Origin: the human T2T-CHM13v2.0 reference genome, Homo sapiens
Assembly: GCF_009914755.1 (NCBI RefSeq)
Contig: NC_060929.1
Length of the DNA: 64,000 nt
Direction: 5' to 3' (one strand)
The notes beneath the pieces are model-generated. The model was not told the origin of the DNA and searched no databases. It worked only from the letters and a program-made list of their open reading frames with translations. Of the stretch, positions 1 through 12,193 are shown piece after piece. Both the position numbers and the translations under genes were made by a program. Each line of letters opens with the position of its first letter. The stretch's first letter is position 1.

Positions 1-115
1 CTTAGTATTCCCATTTTACAGATGAGACACTTGAGGTACAGAACTCATACAAGCAGTTAGGGGCATGGCTTGGATTTGAAACTCCTAGGCTGACTCTAAA
101 GTCTACATATTACAC
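1..115 (-). mobile_element. MIR SINE fragment
   Basis: MIR core in antisense: CCCATTTTACAGATGAGACACTTGAGG...GGATTTGAA...CTGACTCTAAAG. Confidence 0.75.
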
Positions 116-239
116 TATTCTGCTGTGCTCCCTTTTAAGAATATGGAGTGCTGTCTGTTTTACCCTATACATGTTATTAACAACAGTTTTTCACAGCCAA
201 TTGGATGCTCAATATTTACATCTGTGTGTATAGCTCTTC

Positions 240-435
240 TGAGTATTTGCAAAGAAGTTTCACATACCATATGTTATTTGATAACAATATTTCTATAAGG
301 AAGGCAGTGCTGTTGCCAGAGTCCCTGTTTCACAGATGAGAAAAACAGAAAGCCAGAGGGACTAAGTCATTTGTCTGAGGTTACACAATTCAGAAAGGCA
401 AGAATGAGAATTAGAAACCAAGCCTTTTTGCTCCT
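240..435 (-). mobile_element. MIR SINE fragment
   Basis: TTTCACAGATGAGAAAAACAGAAAGCCAGAGGGACTAAGTCATTTGTCTGAGGTTACACA resembles the antisense MIR core. Confidence 0.7.
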
Positions 436-1634
436 TGTTGATGGCATCATATTATTTGAATGTGGTTAACAACAATATAGCGGTGTTTTGGAGTTCACAT
501 ATGTTTAGTTTTTAGAGCAGGCTTTCAGCTACCATATTTCTGCATCAAGGGTACTGCCTCATTGCCAATAGCTGGAGCAAGAAATCTGTATACATGATTG
601 ATTGTAGAGATCCATTACACACCCAAAGTGTCTTGGTCCTAAGTTAAGAGCATACTCTATGGGTGACTTACAGATATATGAAAAAAAGGTGGGTCTGTTT
701 ACTGGTTTAGTGTCTAGTTCTTTTATAAACAGGAAAATGTTTCCTAAATTCCAGTCATTCACCTACCCACCTTTGTGATTTTGCCTTATCAATGTATCAC
801 CTGTGCAAGTTTATGCAATATACTTTTTCAGTAGATTTGATAATTTCATTTAGCCTAAGCAATAAAATATGAAACTACAGGTTTGATATATGAGTTATAT
901 TTTTTCAAATATGCAATAAAATAAATACAAAATGATAACCTAAAGCCATGTCTCAAGGAATAAGGAGAAGTTTAAGGTGGACTGTCAAGGAGAGCTTGGC
1001 AGTAAGGATCGTACCAGTGAATTCAAGGGTTCTGGCTATGAATGTTGATTTGCCCAGATATTAATAAAGAAAGCTTCTTTTCTTCTTGAAAAGTTTAATG
1101 AGATGGAGGGAAAGTTTCAGTTGTTCATGGCTTAATATAGAACTATGATGGGAATTCATTAAGACAGTCAGAAGCAAACAGTTCAGAGGTGGTAAAACAG
1201 TACATAGGCACAAAATTTATTCTTAGATAAAGGGCAAGAGACTCTAAGATTTTGCCAATCCTTTTGTCTTTTGGTGCAGTGGGGAGGGGATACTGGTTGC
1301 TGGATTTCCAGAGAGATGTTGGATTTTTCCACGAGTATTTGAGGGCCATAATATAACCCTCTCTTACGCTTCCCTCCCAACTTCCATCTCACATTTATAG
1401 TTAAGCATGATTCTTATTTGAATTATAGACACAAACTGCATCAGATACACAAGTGGGGGATTTTCAAGGATGGAAACAGCATTATTTAATTTAGTTTAAT
1501 TTAACCATTGCAATAACCTCCTATCGTTGTACTGTCATCTGCATTTTGAAAATGGAAAAATAGGCTAACAAATTTTGTAACTTGCTCTTAGCTAGAAAAT
1601 GGTAGAGTTGTGATTTAAATCTACATCTCTGGAA

Positions 1635-2110
1635 TTGATTTAAAGATGGCCACAAAATCTTTTCTACTCCTTCCATCAAGGGGTGAAGTCTAATTTTCCT
1701 TTTTTGGATTAGGCTAGACTTAGTGACTTTAAAATCTTTAGTGGATTAGGCTAGACTTAGTGATGAATAGAATCCAGTGGAAGTTATGTTCTGGAATTTC
1801 TGAGCCTGAGTCATACAAAAGTATTGTAGCTTCTGCTTGGGATTCTGGAAAAACTTGCTCTCTGGACATGCCCTCTCAGGATATTTCCCAGTGGAAGTCA
1901 GCCACCATGCTTTGAGGATGCCCAAGTGGCCCCATGGAGAGGCTCATAGGGAGATTGATTGAGGTCCCCAGTGGGCAGTCCTGGCTGAACTTCCAACAGC
2001 CAGTACCAACTTGCCAGTAATGTCATTGAGTCATCCTCAACATCTAGCCCAGTTGAGCCTTCAGATGATTCTAACCCTAGCTGATATCTGACTGCAACTA
2101 CACAAGAGGC
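1635..2110 (+). mobile_element. MLT1 (ERVL-MaLR) solo LTR, MLT1F/G-like
   Basis: AAAGATGGCCACAAA...AATAGAATCCAGTGGAAGT...CAGCCACCATGC...CCCAGTTGAGCCTTCAGATGA...CTGACTGCAAC are MLT1-type blocks; boundaries approximate. Confidence 0.7.
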
Positions 2111-2592
2111 TCTAAATATAAAAATGTTTATTCTTTATCTTTGTTCTCACTAATTTCTTGGGGCCACTCCAAAAATACAGACTAGTTCTTGGCATGGAGT
2201 ATGAAAATACATCCTGAACCATGGAAAGAAATAGCTAAATTGGCATCAGTCACCTACATGCTACCAGTCTTGCCAGAAGAAAGATTTCTTTGGCATGTAT
2301 GTGTACATGTGCTCTGCATTACGATCAACAGCACAGTCATTATGTTAGCAAGTGTGCTCTCTATTATAGTTTAATTAACTAAGGCAGAGATGGAGAATTA
2401 GCTTACTAGATATACCTGTCTTGGACTTGATATATTCAGTGGGCTGATCTAAAATCTAATCCAAAGGATTAATATTATCTTGCTCATTGTTTTTTGATAT
2501 AACAATTTTCCCATACCTAATGGTTAAGTCATTAAGAACAGAGCATTTAAAGAATAAGTGCTAAAAAGGAACTAGAGAACTGAGAACAATGA

Positions 2593-3278
<686 letters not shown>

Positions 3279-3769
3279 AATGACTAAACTGCTTATTTCA
3301 AATGATAGAAAATAAAGGGTAAACATTTTCTAAAGCCACAGTCCAAATGAAGAACAGAGTATGATGAATGAAATTGCTCAATCATCTCCCTCTTGTCCAA
3401 CTTCTTTTTAATATCCTTTCTATGCCTCCTTTTCCTTTCAATGCATATGTCTCCCTATTCCATTTTTTGGTACCCTATCTCATCCTTGGTCTGTTAACTT
3501 TCCCCAGTGTCTTTTGCCCTTTCCATTTTTCATCATAACCCAATGGCAATTTACAAACAATTACAGTATTTTTAAAAATGTGTATAGTATTCACTGAATG
3601 ACTATTTTTCTAGTTCTTAATTATGTAATAGTTATCTCAAAAGGAAATATAAAATCACCTAACTAAATTATATTATTATTTACTTCTCTGTGTCTGATAA
3701 TTCGGACAATTTATTTTTGCCTCAGGCCTACTATTGATATAATGTTTTAGGTTATATGCTTAACTATGG

Positions 3770-3942
3770 TTTATTTATTTATTTAGATACATGGTCTAAC
3801 TCTGTCACTGAGACTGGAGTACACTGGTATGGTCATAGTTCACTGTAACTCTGAACTCCTGGAATCAAGTGATCCTCCTCCTGCCCCAGCCTTCTCAGTA
3901 GCTAGGACTAGACAAACACACCACCACACTCAGCTAATTTTG
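3770..3942 (-). mobile_element. Old Alu monomer (FRAM/AluJ right arm)
   Basis: (TTTA)n tail, CTCTGTCAC...GGAGT...GAACTCCTGG..TCAAGTGATCCTCC...CAGCTAATTTT. Confidence 0.8.
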
Positions 3943-4415
3943 TTATTTTAAAAAACTTTTTTTTAGTACAAAAGGACATTAAATATCATATCCTTTTTAA
4001 AAAGATAACACACTTCATTAACTGTTATTAATTTGGAAAGACTCATTTTGAATTAGTGAAGAGCCTCGATTACATTTGCACGTGTATTTTTTTCATGAAG
4101 TTTTAAATATTTTTATCCTAAGAAGAGAAAATTGTAGGCCAACACTGTGTACTTAGTAGAGGTCTTTGGAGACCGAATGGACAGAAATGATAATGTGTAT
4201 GACAGTTTGTAATAAAGTTTAAAAAATAAAAGTTTACTCACCAGAAACTTTCCTCAAATATTTATCAAGAGAAAAGTATTTGAAATGAAAGAAGTATGCT
4301 TCCCAGTGTAGACTTAATGTGCTGGGAAATTGGGAGGAAATCTAGGTAGTATGGAGTGTCTGAGTCCTCCAGCTGTCCTAGAGTGACCCCATATGGTCTT
4401 CAAGCGTAAGCAGAG

Positions 4416-5183
4416 TGTAGTTGCCCCATGGGTTCTTCCTGCCTGCTGCACAGACAAAACCAGTTCACTGAGATCATGGTATTGCAGCAAAGAAAGAGTT
4501 TAACTGATGCTAGACTAGCCACACAGAAGATGGAACTATTACTCAAATCAGTCTCCCTGAAGGCTTGGAGGTTAGGGTTTTTCAAGGATAGTTTGGTGAG
4601 CAGGGGACTAGGGAATGGGTAATACTAATTGGTTGCGGATGCATTCATAGGGGTGTGGAAAACAGTCCTGGTGGGCTGAGTTTGCTTCTGAGTGGGGGCC
4701 TTAGGACTGGTTGAGTCATGAGTCCCGAGTCTGGATGGGGTCAGTCAGTGGCCAGAATGCAAACGTCTGAAAGATATCTCAAAAAACCAATCTTAGGTTC
4801 TACAATAGTGATGTTATCTATAAGAGCAATTGGAGAAGTCAAAAATCTTGTGACTTTTGGCCATATGACTAGAGCTGGAAGGAATTGTAGAAACTATGCC
4901 TACATTTTAGCGAATTCAGACCTCTCTCCTAATCCTAATCTTGTGGCCTTTCATTAGTCTTACAAAAGGAGTTTCAGCCCCTGAACTTGGAGATGATCAG
5001 ATTTAAGAAGGTACTATTCTCATCCTTGCTTCAAGGTTAAATTACAAACTCAATTCCTCCCATGGTTAGATTGATCTACATCCAGGAATGAGCAAAGACA
5101 GCCAGACTGTGAGGCTAGAAGCAATATGGAGCCAGCCATGTTAGACTTCTCTCACTTTCATAATCTTTGCAAAGGCAGTTTCA
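4416..5183 (-). mobile_element. LTR8-family (ERV1) solo LTR, probably LTR8A/B
   Basis: Minus strand starts TGAAACTGCCTTTGCAAAGATTATG; TG...CA termini; near-TSD AGAG/AGAT. Confidence 0.8.
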
Positions 5184-6089
5184 AGATCACAAGAAGTTAC
5201 TTGCAGCAGGGATGTGAGGCTGATAGAGTTAAAGGTGTCTACCTCTATGGCATAAATGGGAGAACAAAAGACAAATCAGTAAAATAAAGCAATACCTACA
5301 AAAACAAGCCTATAAAGGATGCCAAGGCAGATATATATGTGAGAAGATAATAGAAAGACTCAATGTTCATCATGTGACCTGAATACCATGTTTTATGGCC
5401 CAGCAAACTATCTGTAATGCTCCATCTGTCCCAAAGGAGGAGAACCTCTGGATACTCCTTCAAACAGATTCCTTTTCCCTCAGTATTAAAAAATCTGGTT
5501 TTAAGGTGAATCTCATCTTGCATTTGAGCATTATTTTTATAAGAAAGAAATGCATTTTTCCACCAAACCTCCACCAATTCAGATAATTTCTGAGTTTAGA
5601 TTTATGTTTCCACTATGAACAAAGACACTTCAATGAATGATCATTACAAAGGCAAAATTCAAAGGTTAACTAAATCACCAAATGAAGAAACTTGTCTCCT
5701 TGTTATTCTAAGAATTGCCATTTAGGCAAACAAAAACAATCTCAATCTACATACCTTATATATGCTCAATAAATATTGCTTAAGTTAAATTTGCTAAAAT
5801 TCATAATGTATGTAAGATGCACACTGAGATGGAGAAAAACCCCATGATGAGTGCATTATTTCACATATAGCATGAGAACAACCCAGTTATATGCTAAAAG
5901 AGGCTCTCTGAATTTTCACAAACTTTGTTTTCTTTTGTGAGGATTTACAGTGTCATTTACAGTACATACAAGAGACCACTTTCCTAACCCACAACTTAGA
6001 GTGTACCTCAGGGCAATTGTCATTAGAAAGTCAAACACAGAGTAACCAGCAGGGGGTTATAACAAGTAAATCACAAATAATAGTAAGCT

Positions 6090-7062
6090 GCAAACTCAAA
6101 ATGTCCAAAACTAAATTTGGCATGCCTTCCTCACCCCTTCTAAATTTGACCCTTGTACTAAGCCCGCCATTATAACTGGCCAGAGAACTCCAAGTCTCAT
6201 AATGAGCTTCTTGATTTATACAGCATCAGTTAATCATGAAATCCCCTATTTCCTTAGTTTTATCTATTTCCATTTCCATGATTTATATCATTATCCTCTT
6301 GTATCTGGATGCTTCAGACAGATTCCTTTAATCCAGCCTCAACTTCGGTCAATCAAACCTATCTCCTGCTATTTAAAATCTTGACTTCATTGTGTCATTC
6401 CCTTACTTACAACCTTTAGTGGCTCTCTATTTCCGAGCACTTTGAGTCATTGTTCTCTGCATGGTTTCAGGAATCTTTATTCTAGCTATGTGTACATCTC
6501 TGTTGCATCTATCACTTCTCCTCAGCTTGGAATCCTCTATACTAGTAAGGCCAGTCACCAACTTTTTCTACAAATACATCACACTTCTCGTTTACACTGC
6601 ATCTTATATCATCCTGTTTTCAGAAAATTTCAACCCTTTCCATCTCCATTTATCTCTCCTTCAAAGAAAAACTCAAGTCCTGCCTGCTTTCTTGATCCTT
6701 CTAGCTCTTACATATCCCCTATGGCCTCCCCTTTTGAGTTATTTACTGTAGTTGAACTTAGAGGGCTCTCTATAGCTTCAGATGTGCTCACTTTGTTTCT
6801 TCGAGTGAGCTGAAGTTTTTTGAAAGCCTTTCTCAATCACACCTTCCATCTCCAATTAAGTGTAGGCCCCAAAATTGTCTGCCTACACTGTACCTTGCAC
6901 TTCTCCATCATGGCACTCACCATATTTGCAGTTGTTTGTGTTTCCCTGCTGGGCCATTAACTTTTTCATGGCAACAGTCTCAACCATCCAGTCGGTGCAC
7001 CATTGTGTCCCAAAGGTCATTATGTCCTTCAGTGCATGTCACACATAAATTGCCTCAGAAAC
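6090..7062 (+). mobile_element. L2 LINE fragments (3' part), with the L1 inserted at the L2 3' end
   Basis: AAACTCAAAATGTCCAAAACTAAA, TGTCATTCCCTTACTTACAACCTTTAGTGGCTC and a degenerate L2 terminus GTGCATGTCACACATAAATTGCCTCAGAAAC|ATCTTTTGA split by the L1. Confidence 0.55.
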
Positions 7063-7272
7063 TTTTTTTTTTTAATACTTTAAGTTCTGGGATACATGTG
7101 CAGAACGCGCAGGTTTGTTACATGGGTATAAACGTGCCATGGTTTACTGCACCTATCAACCCATCACCTACATTAGGTGTTCCTCCTAATGCTGTCCCCT
7201 GCCTAGTTCCCCACACTCCAACAGGCCCCGGTGTGTGATGTTCCCTTCCCTGTGTCCATGTGTTCTCATTGT

Positions 7273-10200
7273 TCAACTTCTGCTTATGAGTGAGAACATG
7301 CAGTGTTTGGTTTTCTGTTCCTATGTTAGTTTGCTGAGAATGATGGTTTCTAGCTTTGCCCATGTTCCTGCAAAGGACATGACCTCACCACTTTTTATGG
7401 CTGCATAGTATTCCATGGTGTATATGTGCCACATTTTCTTTATCCAGTCTATCACTGATGGGCATTTGGGTTGGTTCCAAGTCTTTGCTATTGTGAACAG
7501 TGCTGGAATAAACATATGTGTGCATGTGTCTTTATAGTAGCATGATTTATAATCCTTTGGTTTATATACCCTGTAATGGAGTCGCTGGGTCAAATGGTAT
7601 TTCTGGTTCTAGATCCTTAAGGAATGGCCACACTGTCTTTCACAATGGTTGAACTAATTTACACTCCTACCAACAGTGTAAAAGTGTTCCTATTTCTCCA
7701 CATCCTCTCCCCAGCATCTGTTGTTTCCTGACTTTTTAATGATCGCCATTCTAACTGGTGTGAGACGGTATCTCATTGTGGTTTTGATTTGCATTTCTCT
7801 GATGAGTAGTGATGATGAGCTTTTTTTTTTCATATGTTTGTTGGCCACATAAATGTCTTCTTTTGAGAACTGTCTGTTCATATCCTTCACCCACTTTTTG
7901 ATGGAGTTGTTTTTTTCTTGTAAATTTGTTTAAGTTCCTCGTAGATTCTTGATATTAGCTCTTTGTCAGATGGATAGATTGCAAAAATTTTCTCCCATTC
8001 TGTTCACTCTGATGGTAGTTTCTTTTGCTGTGCAGAAGCTCTTTAATAATTATATCCCACTTGTCAATTTTGGCTTTTGTTGCCATTGCTTTTGGTGTTT
8101 TAGTCATGAAGTCTGCCCATACCTAAGTCCTGAATGCTATTGCCTAGGTTTTTTTCTAGGGTTTTTATGGTTTTAGGTCTAACATTTAAGTCTTTAATCT
8201 ATCTTGAGTTAATTTTTGTATAAGGTGTAAGGAAGGGGTCCGGTTTCAGTTTTCTGCATATGGCTAGCCTGCTTTCTCAACATCATTTATTAAACAGGGA
8301 ATCCTTTCCCCATTGCTTGTTTTTGTCAGGTTTGTCGAAGATCAGATGGTTGTAGATGTGTGGCGTTATTTCTGAGGCCTCTGTTCTGTTCCATGGGTCT
8401 ATATATCTGTTTTGGTACCAGTACCATGCTGTTTTGGTTACTGTAGCCTTGTAGTATAGTTTGCAGTCAGGTAGCATAATGCCTCCCAGTTCGTTCTTTT
8501 TGCTTAGGATTCTCTTGGCTATACAGGCTCTTTTTTGGTTCCATATGAAATTTAAAGTAGTTTTTTCTAATTCTGTGAAGAAAGTCAATGGTAGCTTGAT
8601 GGGGATAGCATTTAATCTATATATTACTTTCACCTATTCATGAAATGGTATGTTTTTCCATTTGTTTGTGTCCTCTCTTATTTCCTTGAGCAGTGGTTTG
8701 TAGTTATCCTTGAAGAGGTCCTTCACATCCCCTGTAAGTTGGATTCTTAGATATTTTATTTTCTTTGTAGCAAGTGTGAATGGGAGTTCACTCATGATTT
8801 GGCTCTCTGTTTGTCTATTATTGGTGTATAGGAATGCTTGTGATTTTTGCACATTGATTTTGTATCCTGAGACTTTGCTAATGTTGTTTATCAACTTGAG
8901 GAGATATTGGGCTGAGATAATGGGGTTTTCTAAATATACAATCATGTCATCGGCAAACAGAGACAATTTGACTCCTGTCTTCCTATTTGATACCCTTTAT
9001 TTCTTTCTCTTGCCTGGTTTCCCTGGCCAGAACTTCCAATACTATGTTGAATAGCAGTGGTAAGAGAGGGCATCCTTGTCTTGTGCTGGTTTTCAAAGGG
9101 AATGCTTCCAGCATTTGCCCATTCAGTATGATATTGGATGTGGGTTTGTCATAAATAGTTCTTATTATTTTGAGATAGTTTCCATCAATACCTAGTTTAC
9201 TGTAAGTTTCTAGCATGAAGCACTGTTGAATTTTATCGAAGGCCTTTCTGCATCTACTGAGATAATCATGTGGTTTTTGTCATTGGTTCTGTTTATGTGA
9301 TGGATTACATTTATTGATTTGCATATGTTGAACCAGCCTTGCATCCCCAGAATGAAGCTGAGTTAATCATGGTGGATAAGCTTTGTGATGTGCTGCTGGG
9401 TTCAGTTTGCCAATGTTTTATTTAGGAGTTTTGTATGTTCATCAGGGATATTGGCCTGAAATTTTCTTTTTTTGTTGCATCTCTGCTAGGTTTTGGTATC
9501 AGGATGATGCTGGCCTCATCAAATGAGTTAGGGAGGAGTCTCTTTTTTTTTCTATTGTTTATAATAGTTTCAGAAGAAATGGTACCAGCTCCTCTTTGTA
9601 CCTCTGGTAGAATTTGACTGTGAATCCATCTGGTCCTGGGCTTTTTTTGGTTGGTAGGCTATTAACTACTGCCTCAATTTCAGCACTTGTCATTGGTCTA
9701 TTCAGAGATTCGACTTCTTCATGGTTTAGTCTTGGGAGGGTGTACGTATCCAGGAATGTATCCATTTCTTCTAGATTTTCTAGTTTATTTAAATAGAGGT
9801 GTTTATGGTATTTTCTGATGGTAGTTTGTATTTCTGTGGGATCAGTGGTGATATCCCCTTTATCATTTTTTATTGTCTCTATTTGATTCTTCTCTCCTTT
9901 CTTCTTTAGTAGTCTGGCTAGCAGTCTATCTATTTTGCTGTTCTTTTAAAAAAAAAACCAGCTCTTGGATTCGTTGATTTTTCAAAGGGTTTCAGAGGGT
10001 TTTTCGTGTCTCTATCTTCTTCAGTTCTGCTAGCTTTTTAATTTGTTTGCTCTTGCTTCTCTAGTTCCTTTAATTGTGGTGTTAGGTTGTCGATTTTAGA
10101 TCTTTCCTGCTTTCTCCTGTGGGCATTTAGTGCTATAAATTTCTCTCTAAACACTGCTTTAGTTGTGTCCCAGAGATTCTAAACAAAGATCTGAACAATG

Positions 10201-11103
10201 ATCATTACAAAGAAGACAAAATTCAAAGGTTAACTAAATCACCAAATGATTCTGAACAAAGTTTGTCTTTGTTCTCATTGGTTTCTGAGAACTTATTTAT
10301 TTCTGCTTTAATTTCGTTATTTACCCAGTAGTCATTCAGGAACAGGTTGTTCAGTTTCCATGTAGTGGTGCGGTTTTGAGTGAATTTCTTAATCCTGAGT
10401 TCTAATTTGATTGTGTTGTGGTCTTAGAGACTGTTTGTTATAACTTCTGTTCTTTTGCATTTGCTGAGGAGTGTTTTACTTCCAGCTATGTGTTCAATTT
10501 TAGAATAAGTGTGATGTGTTGCTGAGAAGAATGTATATTCTGCTAATTTGCAGGGGAGAGTTCTGTAGATGTCTATTAGGTCTGGTTGGTCCAGAGGTGG
10601 GTTTGAATCCTGAATATCCTTGTTAATTTTCTGTCTTGTTGATCTGTCTAATATTGACAGTGGGGTGTTAAAGTCTTTCACTATTATTGTGTGGGAGTCT
10701 AAGTCTCTTTGTAAGTCTCTAAGAATTTGCTTTATGAATCTGGGTGCTCCTGTATTGGGTGCATATATATTTAGGATAGTTAGCTCTTCTTGTTGCATTG
10801 ATTCCTTTATCATTATGGAATGCCCTTCTTTCTCTCTTTTGATCTTTGTTGGTTTAAAATCTGTTTTATCAGACTATGATTGCAACCTCTGCTCTTTTTT
10901 GCTTTCCATTTGCTTAGCAAATATTCCTCCATCCCTTTATTTTAAGCCTATGTGTGTCATTGCACATGAGATTGGTCTCCTGAAAGCAGCACACCGATGG
11001 GTCTTGACTCTTTATCCAATTTGCCAGTCTGTCTTTTAACTGGAGCATTTAGCCCATTTACATTTAAGATTAGTATTGTTATGTGTAAATTTGATCCTGT
11101 CAT
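7273..11103 (-). pseudogene. L1 ORF2 (endonuclease/reverse transcriptase), disrupted
   Basis: Fragments ...LNIYAPNTGAPRFIKQ... (EN), ...KSPGPDGFT..., ...[14 protein letters not shown]... (RT), C-terminal ...[14 protein letters not shown]...; many stops and frameshifts. Confidence 0.9.
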
Positions 11104-11166
11104 TATGATGTTAGCTGGTTATTTTGCCCATTAGTTGATGTAGTCTCTTCATCATGTTGGTAGTCT

Positions 11167-12193
11167 TTACAATTTGGTATGTTTTTGCATTGGCTGGTAC
11201 CAGTTGTTCCTTTCCATGTTTAGTGCTTCCTTCAGGAGCTCTTGTAAGGCAGGCCTGGTGGTGACAAAATCTCTCAGCATTTGCTTGTCTGTAAAGGATT
11301 TTATTTTTCCTTCACGTACGAAGCTTAGTTTGGCTGGATATGAAATTCTGGGTTGAAAATTCTTTTCTTTAAGAATGTTGAATATTGGCCTCCACTCTTT
11401 TCTGGCTTGTAGAGTTTATGCAGAGAGATCTGCTGTTAGTCTCATGGGCTTCCCCTTTGTGAGTAACCCAACTTTTCTCTCTGGCTGCCCTTAACATTTT
11501 TTCCTTCATTTCAACCTTGGTGAGTCTGATGATTATGTCTTGGGTTTGCTCTTCTTGAGGAGTATCTTTGTGGTGTTCTCTGTGTTTCCTGAATTTGAAT
11601 GTTGGCCTGTCTTTCTAGGTTGGGGAAGATTTCCTGGATAACATCTTGAAGAGTGTTTTACAACTTGCTTCCATTCTCCCCGTTACTTTCAGGTACACCA
11701 ATAAAACCTAGGTTTGGTCTTTTCACATAGTCCCATATTTCTTGGAGGCTTGGTTTTTTTCCTTTTCATTCTTTTTTCTTTAATCTTGTTTTCATGCTTT
11801 ATTTCATTAATTTGATCTTTACTCTCTGATATCCTTTCTTCTGCTTGATCAATTCAGCTATTGATACTTGTGTATGCTTCACAAAGTTCTCATGCTGTGT
11901 TTTTCAGTTCCATTAGGTCATTTATGTTCTTCTTTAAACTGGTTATTCTAGTTAGCAATTCCTCTATCCTTTTTTCGAGGTTCTTCGCTTCCTTGCATTG
12001 GGTTAGAACATGCTCCTTTAGCTTGGAGGGAGTTTCTTATTACCCACCTTCTGAAGCCTACTTCTGTCAATTTGTCAAACTCATTCTCCGTCCAGTTTTG
12101 TTCCCTTGCTGGTGAGGAATTGTTGTCCTTTGGAGGAGAAGAGGCGTTCTGGTTTTTGGAATTTTCAGCCTTTTTGCGCTGGTTTTTCCTTAT
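11167..12193 (-). pseudogene. L1 ORF1, disrupted
   Basis: RKNQRKKAENSKNQNASSPPKD N-terminus; start codon appears mutated to ATA; frameshifted. Confidence 0.85.

Noticed and set aside
757-955. Possible ancient hAT-Charlie transposon fragment
   Set aside because: The resemblance is too degraded to assign a family or boundaries without an HMM search.
6046-6059. CTCF-like motifs (CCAGCAGGGGGTTA here, also ~19503-19517 and ~30088-30102)
   Set aside because: Each misses a key core position, so none can be supported without ChIP data.
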